Notes: generated by a model not told the origin, from the letters alone. A DNA stretch of 64,000 nt from a bacterium (GCA_963675295.2 CAXXKJ010000002.1:320001-384000); one strand, 5' to 3'. Positions 1 to 10,149 are shown, counted from the stretch's first letter. Numbers and translations: made by a program.

Positions 1-337
1 GTCGTGGTCGGCGATGTTTTCAGCACTGGAAAGTGGTCTCGTCCGATCTATATGGGCCGGCCCGTACTGCATGCCTCCGGAAATCGGCACCCCCTCCGGG
101 AGGGAATCGCCCCTAACAGTATAGGAATTAGGGAATTACCTCGGAACTACGGATTATAAGCGGATGTAAATCATCATTGACCTGTTCGAGAGAAAGTTGT
201 TAGCTTGAGCTTCAGAGGGGCAAAACTACGGGGAAAGTCCGCCTCTCAAACATGGATAGCAAGATCTGCGCATCACTTAATCCCCCCTTCAGGATACCAC
301 TCAATCCGGCCACGCCGGACAAGCGGAGGACCTGTCC

Positions 338-2596
338 ATGAAACACCTGCCCCTTTTACTTCTGATCATCTGCCTGATAGTCGCGATGCCAGTCGTGTCC
401 GGCTCCAAGATGACACCGGCGGAACGGCAGCAGTACAACATCGATCAGAAAACACAATCCGATACGGACCCCGGCCTTCCGCACCTTGACAGCACCGGCG
501 GTCCGGATACCTTCGGCTACACCTGGATCGACAGCGAGGAGGCTGGCGGACCCACCTACAGCTGGGTCGATATCACCGCCACCGGCACCGAAATCGCGGC
601 GGCGGATGAATTGGACGACGATGACCGCGTCGGCCCGTACCCAATCGGATTCCTGTTTCCGTTTTACGGTGCGGGGGAAGAATACTTCTGGGTGCAATCC
701 AACGGTGGCGTGTCGTTTGTCCCGAACCTTCTTGGATTATCCAATCAGTCGATGCCGTACCAGTATTTTGGCGCGCTGATTGCGTTGTTCTGGGACGATC
801 TCGATCCGGAGAACGGTCTGTACGGCAGCGTTTACTATGACACGGTGACCATCGGCACGCAGGACGCATGCGTCGTCTCGTTCATCAACTACTCGGAGCA
901 TCCGCCAAGCGACACGTCACCCCGCATCAACATGCAGGTCTTGCTGTTCGAGGATGGCCGCATTCGTCTGCAGTACCAGTCCATCGACAACGGCTTCGAC
1001 TGTACCAGCTGCACGGTGGGGATTCAGAACCACGCTGGCAACGACGGTCTCTCGGTCATCTACAACAATGCCAGCGGCAACTATCCGTATGCCGGGTATG
1101 TCGTCGACTTCATACCACCGACACCGACGGCCGCTCTCTACGGTATCGTTTATCTGCAGGGTGGAGCGCCTCTGGCCGGCGCAAACGTCCGTTGCGGTTG
1201 CAGAGAAACGGTTACGGATGCTGTCGGCAGCTACACGATCACGGGATTGTACCCTGGAACGTACAAGGACATCGTCTGGAAATCGGGTTACGACGCGATC
1301 AACAGTACGACGACTCTTGCAACTGGGACGAACAATCTGAACTATGCGCTTTCGCTCAGCCCGACCCCGATCAACGGCCCGTTCACGGACGATTTCGAAA
1401 GCGGCGGTACGCCGTTGTTCACAGGTTCCGGTGACTGGGAATTTGGATCACCAACCTATGATCCCAACGGCGCCCATTCTGGCAGCAACGCCTGGAGTAC
1501 TATCCTCAACGGGGATTACAACCTCAACCGTGACGACTGGCTGATTTCGCAGAAAGGGTTCGTCGTCCAGGCAAATTACTCGCTGAAGTACTGGCACTGG
1601 TTCGACTATGAGGGTGGATACGACGGCTACAATGTCTGGATTTCCACCACCGCCGGGGCGTTCTGGGAGATGCTCTATCCGACGGACGGCTACAGCGATC
1701 CGGACGGATTCTACACCGCCTTTGGGCTGCCGAACTTCAATAACTGGAACACGAACGAAGAGCGAATGTGGGTAGAAAAGGAATTCCCGCTCGGGGACTA
1801 TGTCGGCCAGACAGTCTGGTTCGCCTTCCGCCACAACACCGACGTCTCGGTCGTTTATTCCGGGGTGACGATCGACGACCTCGACTTCAGCAGCGGCGGC
1901 ACCGCGCCGTATGTGCTGCTCCAGTTATGGCCGGTGAATGTCAACATTCCGTCCTACGGCGGCATGCTGGTGTACGACGCCGGTATTACCAGCACCTACA
2001 GCCAGATGATCACCGGCCAGGCGTGGACCGATCTCATCCTGCCGAACGGCAACTCGTACGGCCCGTTGATGGTCATTCCGGTCAATGTCATGCCCGGCTA
2101 CAGGTTCTTCGGCAACCTGACGCAGAACATTCCTGCGATGGCACCGCCGGGACCGTACATGTTCAACGGGTACCTCGGACGGAGACCGTATGTCGCGTCC
2201 ATGGATAGTTTCCCGTTCACCAAAACGGTTGTTCCGGGGCCGGACGGTGAGGAAGTGTTGAACTGGGATGCTGAGGAATGGGTGAGCTCGGACGCGCCGC
2301 CGGAGGTCGTGGAAACGGCCGCTCAGCTTCCGGAATCGTTCGCGCTGCATGCCGTATGGCCGAACCCGTTCAACGCGTCCGCGACGATCACCGTTGACTT
2401 GCCGGTGACGGCGAACCTGGAGGTTTGTGTTTTCAACCTGAACGGGCAGGAGATGGCGGTGCTCGTGAACGGCCAGACCGAAGCTGGGTCGCACAGCTTG
2501 CATCTGGACGGATCAACCTGGGCGAGTGGTGTGTACTTTGTGCAGGCGCGGCTGGGTGATCAGGTCGCAGTGCAGAAGATGACGCTGCTCAAGTAA
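338..2596 (+). CDS. Secreted multidomain protein: nidogen-like N-terminal module, carboxypeptidase-regulatory-like domain, MAM/immune-inhibitor-like beta-sandwich, C-terminal T9SS/FlgD-Ig-type sorting domain
   Basis: Signal peptide MKHLPLLLLIICLIVA; GGAGGA RBS upstream; GPDTFGY...FPFYG...ALFWDDL module; C-terminus WPNPFNA...ASGVYFV...KMTLLK. Confidence 0.8.
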   Translation: MKHLPLLLLIICLIVAMPVVSGSKMTPAERQQYNIDQKTQSDTDPGLPHLDSTGGPDTFGYTWIDSEEAGGPTYSWVDITATGTEIAAADELDDDDRVGPYPIGFLFPFYGAGEEYFWVQSNGGVSFVPNLLGLSNQSMPYQYFGALIALFWDDLDPENGLYGSVYYDTVTIGTQDACVVSFINYSEHPPSDTSPRINMQVLLFEDGRIRLQYQSIDNGFDCTSCTVGIQNHAGNDGLSVIYNNASGNYPYAGYVVDFIPPTPTAALYGIVYLQGGAPLAGANVRCGCRETVTDAVGSYTITGLYPGTYKDIVWKSGYDAINSTTTLATGTNNLNYALSLSPTPINGPFTDDFESGGTPLFTGSGDWEFGSPTYDPNGAHSGSNAWSTILNGDYNLNRDDWLISQKGFVVQANYSLKYWHWFDYEGGYDGYNVWISTTAGAFWEMLYPTDGYSDPDGFYTAFGLPNFNNWNTNEERMWVEKEFPLGDYVGQTVWFAFRHNTDVSVVYSGVTIDDLDFSSGGTAPYVLLQLWPVNVNIPSYGGMLVYDAGITSTYSQMITGQAWTDLILPNGNSYGPLMVIPVNVMPGYRFFGNLTQNIPAMAPPGPYMFNGYLGRRPYVASMDSFPFTKTVVPGPDGEEVLNWDAEEWVSSDAPPEVVETAAQLPESFALHAVWPNPFNASATITVDLPVTANLEVCVFNLNGQEMAVLVNGQTEAGSHSLHLDGSTWASGVYFVQARLGDQVAVQKMTLLK

Positions 2597-2682
2597 CGGC
2601 AATGCTGCTTGAGCGAGGGAGAGATAAGTTAGTTGCTCAACTCGTGAAATGTGGAATAGACGTCATAGAAACGAGATAAAGC

Positions 2683-2716
2683 AAACGGGCGCGGAAAAAC
2701 CGCGTCCGTTTTGTTT
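2683..2716 (+). terminator. Probable intrinsic terminator
   Basis: aaacgggcgcgg-aaaaa-ccgcgtccgtttt hairpin plus T-tract downstream of 338..2596. Confidence 0.6.
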
Positions 2717-2727
2717 CTCGTGAAACA
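2712..2727. promoter_or_regulatory. parS-like site (1 mismatch)
   Basis: tgtttctcgtgaaaca versus consensus tgtttcacgtgaaaca. Confidence 0.5.
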
Positions 2728-2877
2728 ATCTCTCGAAGCCTCTCGTGACGCGGGTTCCGCTCCATTCCGATTTTTCCGGATCGTGGAACACACGGTGTCC
2801 GTCGTGCGGACTTGCATTTCTGCACGGTAGAACGCAACGTTTCTCCCTGACCCGTTCACCCAACACCGGCCCGATCC

Positions 2878-3342
2878 ATGTCCGTCACACCCGCGATCCG
2901 TTTCCTCAAGCAGCACAAGGTCCCGCACGAAGTCCTTGAGTACGATCACAAGGTGAAGGGGGCATCCTTCGCCGCCGAGGCGATCGGGTGGCCGTTGGAG
3001 GCAGTGTTGAAAACACTGGTCGTCGCATTGAATAATCGTGAATTTGCGCTTTGCTGCCTGCCGGGCACGGCAGAGTTGTCGCTGAAAAATCTAGCCCGTG
3101 CGGCGGGGGTGAAGTCGGCACGGATGGCGACGCAGCAGGAGGCGACGAAGGTCACTGGCTACGTCTTCGGCGGCACCAGCCCGTTCGGCACCCGCAAGCG
3201 TCTGCCGGTGTGGTTCCACGAGCCGGTCGTGTCGCTGGACCGGATTGCCATCAACGGCGGGCATCCCGGCACCCTGGTTGCCCTTTCCCCGCAGGACGCC
3301 GTCTCTGTTCTAGGCGCTCAGACCGCTGACCTCGCTGCCTGA
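2878..3342 (+). CDS. ybaK: YbaK/EbsC family aminoacyl-tRNA deacylase (Cys-tRNA(Pro) deacylase)
   Basis: TPAIRFL, KTLVV, TGYVFGGTSPFG and INGG motifs. Confidence 0.85.
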   Translation: MSVTPAIRFLKQHKVPHEVLEYDHKVKGASFAAEAIGWPLEAVLKTLVVALNNREFALCCLPGTAELSLKNLARAAGVKSARMATQQEATKVTGYVFGGTSPFGTRKRLPVWFHEPVVSLDRIAINGGHPGTLVALSPQDAVSVLGAQTADLAA

Positions 3343-3370
3343 TCTATCCACGTGGCCCAGTCTATCCACG

Positions 3371-3530
3371 TGCCCCAGACACTCGTGTCTGGGCTGATCC
3401 GAGGATCCATCACCATGCCCACGACATTCATGTCGTGGATTCTCCGCTCTTGCCCGAGTTGGCTTTGACAACGCGGGCTTTCCGGAAGCGGCCGCAGTCT
3501 GCCCTGACGAGTTTACTCGTCGGGATTATC
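3371..3530 (+). repeat. Cluster of four TGCCC-headed REP-like hairpins
   Basis: tgccccagacactcgtgtctggg (3371), tgcccacgacattcatgtcgtgg (3416), tgcccgagttggctttgacaacgcggg (3451), tgccctgacgagtttactcgtcggg (3500). Confidence 0.85.
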
Positions 3531-3623
3531 TGGCACTTCCAGGCCCGTGCGGGCGTGCATGCGCAGCTTCATTCACCTTCCATAGCCCATAGCTCCCCAA
3601 TCTGTTGTATTGTCTCCACGAGC

Positions 3624-3641
3624 TGTTGTAGTTCTACAACA
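3624..3641. promoter_or_regulatory. Palindromic operator, probably for the adjacent XRE regulator
   Basis: tgttgtag-tt-ctacaaca 20 bp upstream of the ATG, with half-site-like tgttgtat (3603) and cgtcgtag (3645). Confidence 0.6.
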
Positions 3642-3661
3642 AACCGTCGTAGATTTCACCT

Positions 3662-3919
3662 ATGAAGACGAGGCAACTATACAACCGTATCGCTGTTCTG
3701 CGGAACGAACGCAACGTTTCGCGAAAGGAGCTCGCGTCGGCGATCGGGGTCAACTACCAGACGGTTGGCTATCTCGAGCGTGGGGAATACAACCCCAGCC
3801 TCGACCTGGCCTTCAAGATCAGTGAATTTTTCGGTTTGCCGATCGAGATCATTTTCTCGACACAGCCGATGAAGCCGCTCAGCGAGGAGTTGTTTGAGCG
3901 GAGAAGGGGGGACCAATGA
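3662..3919 (+). CDS. XRE/Cro-C1 family helix-turn-helix transcriptional regulator
   Basis: NRIAVLR...ELA..IGVNYQTVGYLERGEYNPSLDLAFKI...IEIIF. Confidence 0.9.
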   Translation: MKTRQLYNRIAVLRNERNVSRKELASAIGVNYQTVGYLERGEYNPSLDLAFKISEFFGLPIEIIFSTQPMKPLSEELFERRRGDQ

Positions 3920-4407
3920 CACGCGAACAGGCACGTAACGAAATTCGCGGTTGGGTGATGACGAATTACGGCTTCACGTTGTTTGCGGTGTTGTTGCCGG
4001 CGTTGCAGAAACAGCTCGAACTCGACTGGCCGTGGATCACGTTGATTCTGCTGGTTGTGGTAGCGGGGATTGCGTGGTCCCATGACCGCGCGTTCGTGCG
4101 CACAGGGCTGTGGGCTCAAACACACGCCAAACCGGACACGTTGGACGAACGCGAACGCGAGATCGCGCATCAGGCGCTCGCCACTTCGTACCGCTGGATC
4201 ACCGTTATCATGCTGTTGGCGATCTACCTGATCATCCTGTCTCATGAACAGGTGGTCGCCACCTGGTTACATTGGATCAGGCCGGTCGCGCCGGTGCTGG
4301 CGGTGGGGTTGATTTACGCGGCTCACACGCTTCCAGCCGCGCTCATCGGCTGGAAGGAGCTGCCGCCGGCAGAGGGTTCGGCAAACGACGTCGCTGCGGC
4401 GCAGTAG
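3916..4407 (+). CDS. Membrane protein (DUF2178-like, DERE motif), translationally coupled to the XRE gene
   Basis: ATGA overlap; about 4 hydrophobic segments; LDERERE motif. Confidence 0.65.
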   Translation: MTREQARNEIRGWVMTNYGFTLFAVLLPALQKQLELDWPWITLILLVVVAGIAWSHDRAFVRTGLWAQTHAKPDTLDEREREIAHQALATSYRWITVIMLLAIYLIILSHEQVVATWLHWIRPVAPVLAVGLIYAAHTLPAALIGWKELPPAEGSANDVAAAQ

Positions 4408-4419
4408 AGGGAGGTCCGC

Positions 4420-4959
4420 ATGCTTGATCAACGCATGAACCTGAGGTCCGCGAAGTGGATTGGGTTTGGCGGATTGACGGGAATCGTGATCCTCGGCGCG
4501 CTGGGCCGGTTTGTCATGGCCGGGCTGGCGGTGGCGCTGGGGTATCCGGCGAATCTGAGCGTCGCTGGTATCATCATGGTCAGCCTGCTCGGCGGCGTGC
4601 TCGGTGCGATTGGCGGGCTGATCGCGCAGATGCTGACCCGGATAGGGTTCATCCGGGGTCGGGGCGTGTTTGCCGGGATGGTGCTGTTCGTGATGTCGAT
4701 GGTGTTGCTGCAGGCGCCGCAGCCGTCCCAGCCGGCGGTTGATGCGAATCCGCAGCTGGCGGTGATGTGGTTGCACAACGGGCCGGGCGTCGACTCGGAG
4801 AACTACGCGATTCGTCTCGCGACATTAACCCTCGCGGCGCTGATGTATCTGTTGTACGGTTTCGCGCTCGACCGGCTGCTGCGCGACAAACCAGTCGCAG
4901 ACGACGAGAAGGACGACGCTACTCCTGACCTGGATTCGGATCCAGGGGAACGGCTTTGA
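4420..4959 (+). CDS. Hypothetical membrane protein
   Basis: GGAGG RBS; about 4 TM segments; third gene of the XRE operon. Confidence 0.6.
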   Translation: MLDQRMNLRSAKWIGFGGLTGIVILGALGRFVMAGLAVALGYPANLSVAGIIMVSLLGGVLGAIGGLIAQMLTRIGFIRGRGVFAGMVLFVMSMVLLQAPQPSQPAVDANPQLAVMWLHNGPGVDSENYAIRLATLTLAALMYLLYGFALDRLLRDKPVADDEKDDATPDLDSDPGERL

Positions 4960-5905
4960 TCGTCGCGTAAACCGGGAAATGGTCGGAGGTAATCCGACCG
5001 TTCACCGTCTCGTTAAGGATGCCGGCGTCGAGGATTTTCCACCCCGCTGACGTGAATACGTAGTCAATTTTCTCCCCGGACCGGTCGCCTGTCCAACTGT
5101 TGTAGGTGCCCACGCTGTCCGCGTCCGGATGCAGCACGCGGAACGTGTCACGGAACGGTTGGTGCCACGGCGCGTCTGCAGGAATGGCTGAATCAAATTC
5201 AATACGGAGGCCGATTGGGGTTCGGAAACTGCCCGGAACAAATTCCCGGCGCAGGGGGTCCAGCGCAGGGTTGTCTTCGCCGGCGTTAAAGTCCCCGGTC
5301 AACACGAGCGGACCCGACCCGAAGTACCACATGAACTGACGGATCAGCTTCACACTCTCTTCCCTCGAACGTTGGGATTCGTGATCCAGATGGGTATTGA
5401 AGACCGTGAACCTATCACCCGAATCGTCCGTCAACACGGCCCATGTCACGATACGGGGCAAAGTGTTTCCGAACGATCGAGCGCCGGTCTCATAATACCG
5501 TTCCGCCAACCACCACGTGCCTTGATCGATCACGGAAAACCGGTCCGTCTTGACCAGGATCGCGCTGTATTCTCCGGCTGCGACGCCATCATCCCGGCCG
5601 ACGCCGATCTCGGTGTAGCCCGGAACACGTTCTTCCAGCTGGTCGAGTTGATGCCGCAGCGCTTCCTGCAGGCAGAGAATCTCGGGGTCGAGGTCGCGAA
5701 TCTGTTGCGCGACGGCGTCCACACGCAATTCCCAGCGGTTGTCACCGTCGCCGGGGTTGTCGTAACGGATGTTGAAGCTCATCACGGTGATCGGCTCGGC
5801 GCCACTTCCCGATTCGGCTTGCGCGATCCCCGCCGAACAGGTCATCACAGCGATCCCCATGCCAAACATCAGGAATAGAGTGCGAATCCGCCAATCGTTA
5901 ACCAT
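4919..5905 (-). CDS. Secreted endonuclease/exonuclease/phosphatase (EEP) family protein
   Basis: MSFNIRY, LCLQE, NTHLD, LTGDFN, IDYVF and SDHFPV motifs; signal peptide. Confidence 0.9.
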   Translation of the reverse strand: MVNDWRIRTLFLMFGMGIAVMTCSAGIAQAESGSGAEPITVMSFNIRYDNPGDGDNRWELRVDAVAQQIRDLDPEILCLQEALRHQLDQLEERVPGYTEIGVGRDDGVAAGEYSAILVKTDRFSVIDQGTWWLAERYYETGARSFGNTLPRIVTWAVLTDDSGDRFTVFNTHLDHESQRSREESVKLIRQFMWYFGSGPLVLTGDFNAGEDNPALDPLRREFVPGSFRTPIGLRIEFDSAIPADAPWHQPFRDTFRVLHPDADSVGTYNSWTGDRSGEKIDYVFTSAGWKILDAGILNETVNGRITSDHFPVYATIKAVPLDPNPGQE

Positions 5906-5909
5906 CTCG

Positions 5910-6473
5910 TTACAGGCTCCGTGGTTTGACAAACGCTGCGATTCCGGCACCGGCGAGGGACCAGCCGATCACCTGGTCGAACACTTCCGCCCACACATAC
6001 CCGGCCGGGAACATCATCCAGTTGCCGAGCGTCAACGGGCCGATCACCGCCGCGAAAACCCCCAACGCCGTCGCCACCAGCACCCGCATCGGGTAGCGCC
6101 GCAGCCGCCGTCCCGCCAGCTTCATCATCACCGACACAATCCCCGCCGCAACCAAAGCCATGAGGATGCCCCTGATGTACATCATCGCGTTCATCATCTC
6201 CATGCCTTCCGCATAGTAGACGAGGAACGGCACCACCGGTCCGGCCTTGTGCTGTTCGATGAATTCTTCGCTGTTCGCGGTGTATTCGGTCATGCTCGGC
6301 ACGGTGTACAGGCCGGTTTCGAGATTGTTCGCCTCCATCGCCTCGGCAATCGGCTTGGAATCCTCCAGCGGGGTGAAGGCCATGGTGTGAAATGGCAGCA
6401 CGGTCCACGAAATCGATAGGAAAATGAAAAAGATCACGCCACCTACCAGCGTTCCCAACAGTACCTGCTTCAT
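5910..6473 (-). CDS. Conserved hypothetical membrane protein
   Basis: MKQVLLGTLVGGVIFF..SWTVLP.H; about 4 TM segments; GGGAG RBS. Confidence 0.7.
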   Translation of the reverse strand: MKQVLLGTLVGGVIFFIFLSISWTVLPFHTMAFTPLEDSKPIAEAMEANNLETGLYTVPSMTEYTANSEEFIEQHKAGPVVPFLVYYAEGMEMMNAMMYIRGILMALVAAGIVSVMMKLAGRRLRRYPMRVLVATALGVFAAVIGPLTLGNWMMFPAGYVWAEVFDQVIGWSLAGAGIAAFVKPRSL

Positions 6474-6634
6474 CGTTCGCTCCCTGTTCTTACGTTGTCC
6501 CTGATTGCCCCGAAAGTACCGCCGGAACCCTGGCCAGCCAACCATAACCTGTACATTTCCGGGAGTTCATCGATCCCGGGCTGAAACCCCGAAACATCTG
6601 ACCGGGTACCATTGGTTCAGTATGACGGTATGCA

Positions 6635-6657
6635 CTTGTCTGCTAAACAGACAAGTA
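6635..6657. promoter_or_regulatory. Inverted repeat in a divergent promoter region
   Basis: acttgtctg-ctaaa-cagacaagt. Confidence 0.35.
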
Positions 6658-6938
6658 CAGTTGAGGGTGGGGTAAACGCGCTGAAGTTATAGTCTCTCTT
6701 TAATTCTTACAACGCTTCGTATACATTGTTATCAGGCCGTATCTTGTCAGGACATCACGTCGAACTTCCCGTAGACTATCAACAGACGTTAGCAAGACCG
6801 GCTTCTCAGTCCGCTGAACACCGGTTTCTGAACGACGTTTGGCTGCCTCAGGCAAGTTGCACGGGTGTTCATCGGTCCGTTGCGTGTCAGAAGCTGCGCG
6901 CCGTACGTTTCAATGCTATAACGGATGGATGGAGTACA

Positions 6939-7436
6939 ATGCGTCCTTTGACGGCGATCACGCTGGCGTTCGCACTGCTGGTGGTATTTTCTGCTTGCAT
7001 GAATCCGTTCGCGCCGGAGGAGGGCGGTGTTGCCGGGGATCTGTGGGATCCGCAGACCTCCATTGGCGGTATGTTGCGCAATTTCCAGACGGCGTATACG
7101 CTTCGTGACAGCTTGCGATACGCTGACCTGATCGCAGAAGAATTTGTTTTCCAGTTCTTCGACGCGAACGAAAATCGCTACGATCAGTGGTACCGGGACA
7201 CCGAATTGCGCACCACTGGCGCGTTGATGCGCTCGTTTGAATTGCTGGATTTACGTTGGGGTCCGATTCCGACGTCGCTGGACACGTTCTCGCGTCCGGA
7301 CACGACGGTGGAGTTTACAATAAATTTCACACTTTCCGCGGGAGATTTCTCACCGATCGCCGGGTTTGCGCGTTTTCAGACCCGTGCCGGGGATGACAGC
7401 CGTTTCCGTATCGTGCAATGGCGGGATGACTATTGA
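6939..7436 (+). CDS. Lipoprotein, probable NTF2/SnoaL-like fold
   Basis: Lipobox FSAC followed by MNPFAP; NF..AY..RD..Y..L..EF.F pattern; GGAG RBS. Confidence 0.65.
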   Translation: MRPLTAITLAFALLVVFSACMNPFAPEEGGVAGDLWDPQTSIGGMLRNFQTAYTLRDSLRYADLIAEEFVFQFFDANENRYDQWYRDTELRTTGALMRSFELLDLRWGPIPTSLDTFSRPDTTVEFTINFTLSAGDFSPIAGFARFQTRAGDDSRFRIVQWRDDY

Positions 7437-8404
7437 GCGGACGTATACGCATACGACGTAGAATCAAACTGCTGCTGGCACTGAACATCGTGGTGATCGC
7501 CGGGCTCGTCATCCTCTTGTTCGTGAATTGGCTGCGGACCGGTACTCCGCGCACGCATGTGACGCAGGTATCTTCCGCTCCCGCCAATGGTGTCGCGTAT
7601 GCGGGTGATCGACCGAAATCTCGTCCGCGGACGCACATCCGGCAAACCCCGGCAAGCTATTTTCCCCGCAGCCAGCCGTCCCGTGTACGTGCACTCGCAA
7701 CGAAACATGGCCACATCGCGCTGGTCATCGACGATTTCGGTTTTTCTCTGACCTCATCGACCGTACAGGGCATGCTCGATCTGCCGGTTCCGTTAACCAC
7801 CGGGGTCATTCCCGGGCTTGCGGCCAGCGACGCCGTCGCCAATGCCGCGTACGAACGTGGTCACGAAATCCTCGTCCATCTACCGATGGAACCACTTGGT
7901 GAGCGGTACGATACGCTTGAGGCAGAGCTGCATTCGGGCATGACCCCCGATCAATTTGCTGCCTTTATGGACACGATGACAACTGTGCCGCACGCCACCG
8001 GCATCAGCAACCATCAGGGTTCCGCAGCGACACAGGACCGCGAGTTGATGGACCGGCTCGCGGACTGGTGCTCGCGTCACGATTGGTACATCCTCGATAG
8101 CATCACCCATCCCGGCTCCGTACTTTACCGGGCGGCGACGGCGGCGAACGTGCCGGCGTATCGCCGCGACATCTTCCTTGACCACTACCAGGAGCCGGAT
8201 TCGATCCGTGCTCAGCTGCGTGCCGCGGTGGAGCTTGCCGAACGGCGCGAAGGGCTGGTGGTTGTGATCGGCCATCCGCGTGCCTCCACCCTGCAGGTGT
8301 TGCAGGAGGATTTGCCGGGCCTGGTGGAACAAGGCGTACGCTTCATGCGTCTCAGGGAAGGGTCAACGTTGACGGCGGAGAAGCTGGCGGTGGAGGATCG
8401 TTGA
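7433..8404 (+). CDS. Divergent polysaccharide deacetylase family protein (YibQ-like), N-terminal TM anchor
   Basis: IALVIDDFG, HLPMEP, SNHQGS, LDSIT, RDIFLD and IGHP motifs. Confidence 0.9.
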   Translation: MSGRIRIRRRIKLLLALNIVVIAGLVILLFVNWLRTGTPRTHVTQVSSAPANGVAYAGDRPKSRPRTHIRQTPASYFPRSQPSRVRALATKHGHIALVIDDFGFSLTSSTVQGMLDLPVPLTTGVIPGLAASDAVANAAYERGHEILVHLPMEPLGERYDTLEAELHSGMTPDQFAAFMDTMTTVPHATGISNHQGSAATQDRELMDRLADWCSRHDWYILDSITHPGSVLYRAATAANVPAYRRDIFLDHYQEPDSIRAQLRAAVELAERREGLVVVIGHPRASTLQVLQEDLPGLVEQGVRFMRLREGSTLTAEKLAVEDR

Positions 8405-9099
8405 TGATGAATGTGGCGTTACGCCTGGACAGTCTGCTCCATGGCAGCGCTCCCCCGACTCCGGCCCATGCCGCCCGGATCGCGGCAACGGCCTCGCTCG
8501 CCGGGGTTGACAGCCTCGTGGTTGTATTGCCGGCCACCGGAGCCGGCGGCTGGAAAGTGCCGCTGGACCGCATCCGTGACGTATTCGACGGCCCCGTTCT
8601 TGTCGTCTGCCCACTCCTCGACGAACCCCTGCAGCTTGTACACGACATGCGCCCGGAGCTGACGATCTTTACCGGAGAAGGCGTCCTGCCGCTTGACCGG
8701 GACGATCTCGCGGGACCGATTGCACGGGACACCGCTCAGACGATGAGAACCTCACGCGTTCCATTCGTTTTTCACGTGTCCGCAAACGTTGCGTTGATCA
8801 AGGCTGCGCGCCAGCTTGAGGCGGAGGGTGTACTTCTTCCTGCGGCACCGTTGCTAAACGCGGACGAAACCGACCAGGCTGTTGTCGCGATGGAAGAGCT
8901 GGAAACCGGCGCGCTCGCGGCGAGCAAGCTGGGACTGCGCGTGTTCCTCGATGGGGAGCTGGATCGCGCGTCCTGGGGAGCGTTGAGCCGTCTTGATCTG
9001 TTTGAAGGGGCTGTCGTGGGATCATCGTTGACCGACCGTGCGTTGTTGCTGGGTCTTGGCCCGGCGATGACCGAACTACGCATGCTGAACCTGCACTGA
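8401..9099 (+). CDS. PdxJ (pyridoxine 5'-phosphate synthase)-like protein, degenerate active site
   Basis: AGVDSLVV corresponds to AGADGITV; C-terminal AASKLGLRV...VGSSLTDRALLLGL..AMTELR parallels PdxJ, but the HLREDRRH, NAGHGL and IGH motifs are missing. Confidence 0.6.
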   Translation: MMMNVALRLDSLLHGSAPPTPAHAARIAATASLAGVDSLVVVLPATGAGGWKVPLDRIRDVFDGPVLVVCPLLDEPLQLVHDMRPELTIFTGEGVLPLDRDDLAGPIARDTAQTMRTSRVPFVFHVSANVALIKAARQLEAEGVLLPAAPLLNADETDQAVVAMEELETGALAASKLGLRVFLDGELDRASWGALSRLDLFEGAVVGSSLTDRALLLGLGPAMTELRMLNLH

Positions 9100-9108
9100 G
9101 AAAATCCG

Positions 9109-10149
9109 TTGATTCGAGCATCCGCATATACGCTTATCATCACGTTATTGATCTTCTTGATGGTAGGCTGCGATGGAGCTGCCGGACCGGACGGGCTAGA
9201 CGCGCCCCCGGTTGATAATGTCGGTCCATCCATCCAACTCATCCGGCCACAGCCCGGCGCTGTTATCACCACCTCAACCATGATCCTCGAAGCTGCGCTC
9301 GCGGACACGGAAGACGTCGACAACGGTGACATTGACCGGGTCCGCTTCTATGTTGACGGGGCAAACCAGCTGGGTGAGGATTCGGCCGTTGTGACTGCAC
9401 CGCCCTACATTTTCGAGTGGGATTTCGACGTTTCCGGTACGGGTTTCGGCCCGGTCACAGTCATGGCGGAAGCGATTGACACGCTTGGCAACCGCAACAG
9501 CACCGCGTTGTTGCTGGTCAACCGGCGTCAGCTCGCGGACCGGGACACGTTGACCGATCGTTTTGCGCTGGGTTCCGCCAGCGATCTGTCTGTCCCGTTC
9601 CAGATACCTCTACTCGACACAAACAACGTTCCCTACGATACCGTCTACATCACGGAGCTCGGCACGCGTTTCCTCGCGCAGGCCCGCTGCATACTGAGCC
9701 AGGCGCGGCTCTATCCTGTGATGCGACTGGACGCTCCATTCACCGACATGGCGGACTACTGGGTCATTCTCCGTGCGTCGCAGGATAGCCTGTATCCCGG
9801 CGAGGCGCTGGATTCCATCTTCGTGCAGCCGGATCTGATGCTTTATGATCGTTGGCTGACGCTGGATCTGGATGGTATACCAGAATCGGAGCGCACGTTC
9901 GAGGCCGGCGAAACGTTCTTCCTCACTCTGCGTCCTGAAGCAAACGCCGACAGCCTGGATGCCGGAGTGACCATCGGTACGCTGTTCGAATCTGACACGA
10001 CCGATTTCGCGGATGGGGAGAAAGCCTACTGGTATGAGCGTCCGCCGCAAGGATTGGGTTGGCGTCCGGTGTCAGATTTGTACGAGACCTATGGCGTGCA
10101 CCATCTGTATCTCGAGGCGGTGGTGGATTATCAGGCGGAGGGGGAGTGA
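9109..10149 (+). CDS. Lipoprotein 1: short Gly-X-Y segment, bacterial Ig-like domain, C-terminal beta-sandwich
   Basis: MVGC-DGAAGPDGLD; RVRFYVDG...PPYIFEWD...AEAIDTLGN. Confidence 0.75.
   Translation: MIRASAYTLIITLLIFLMVGCDGAAGPDGLDAPPVDNVGPSIQLIRPQPGAVITTSTMILEAALADTEDVDNGDIDRVRFYVDGANQLGEDSAVVTAPPYIFEWDFDVSGTGFGPVTVMAEAIDTLGNRNSTALLLVNRRQLADRDTLTDRFALGSASDLSVPFQIPLLDTNNVPYDTVYITELGTRFLAQARCILSQARLYPVMRLDAPFTDMADYWVILRASQDSLYPGEALDSIFVQPDLMLYDRWLTLDLDGIPESERTFEAGETFFLTLRPEANADSLDAGVTIGTLFESDTTDFADGEKAYWYERPPQGLGWRPVSDLYETYGVHHLYLEAVVDYQAEGE

Noticed and set aside
205-250. Possible c-di-GMP-I riboswitch (ggggcaaaac...gaaag) upstream of 338
   Set aside because: The second conserved GCAAA/P2 segment is not evident; resemblance is too weak.
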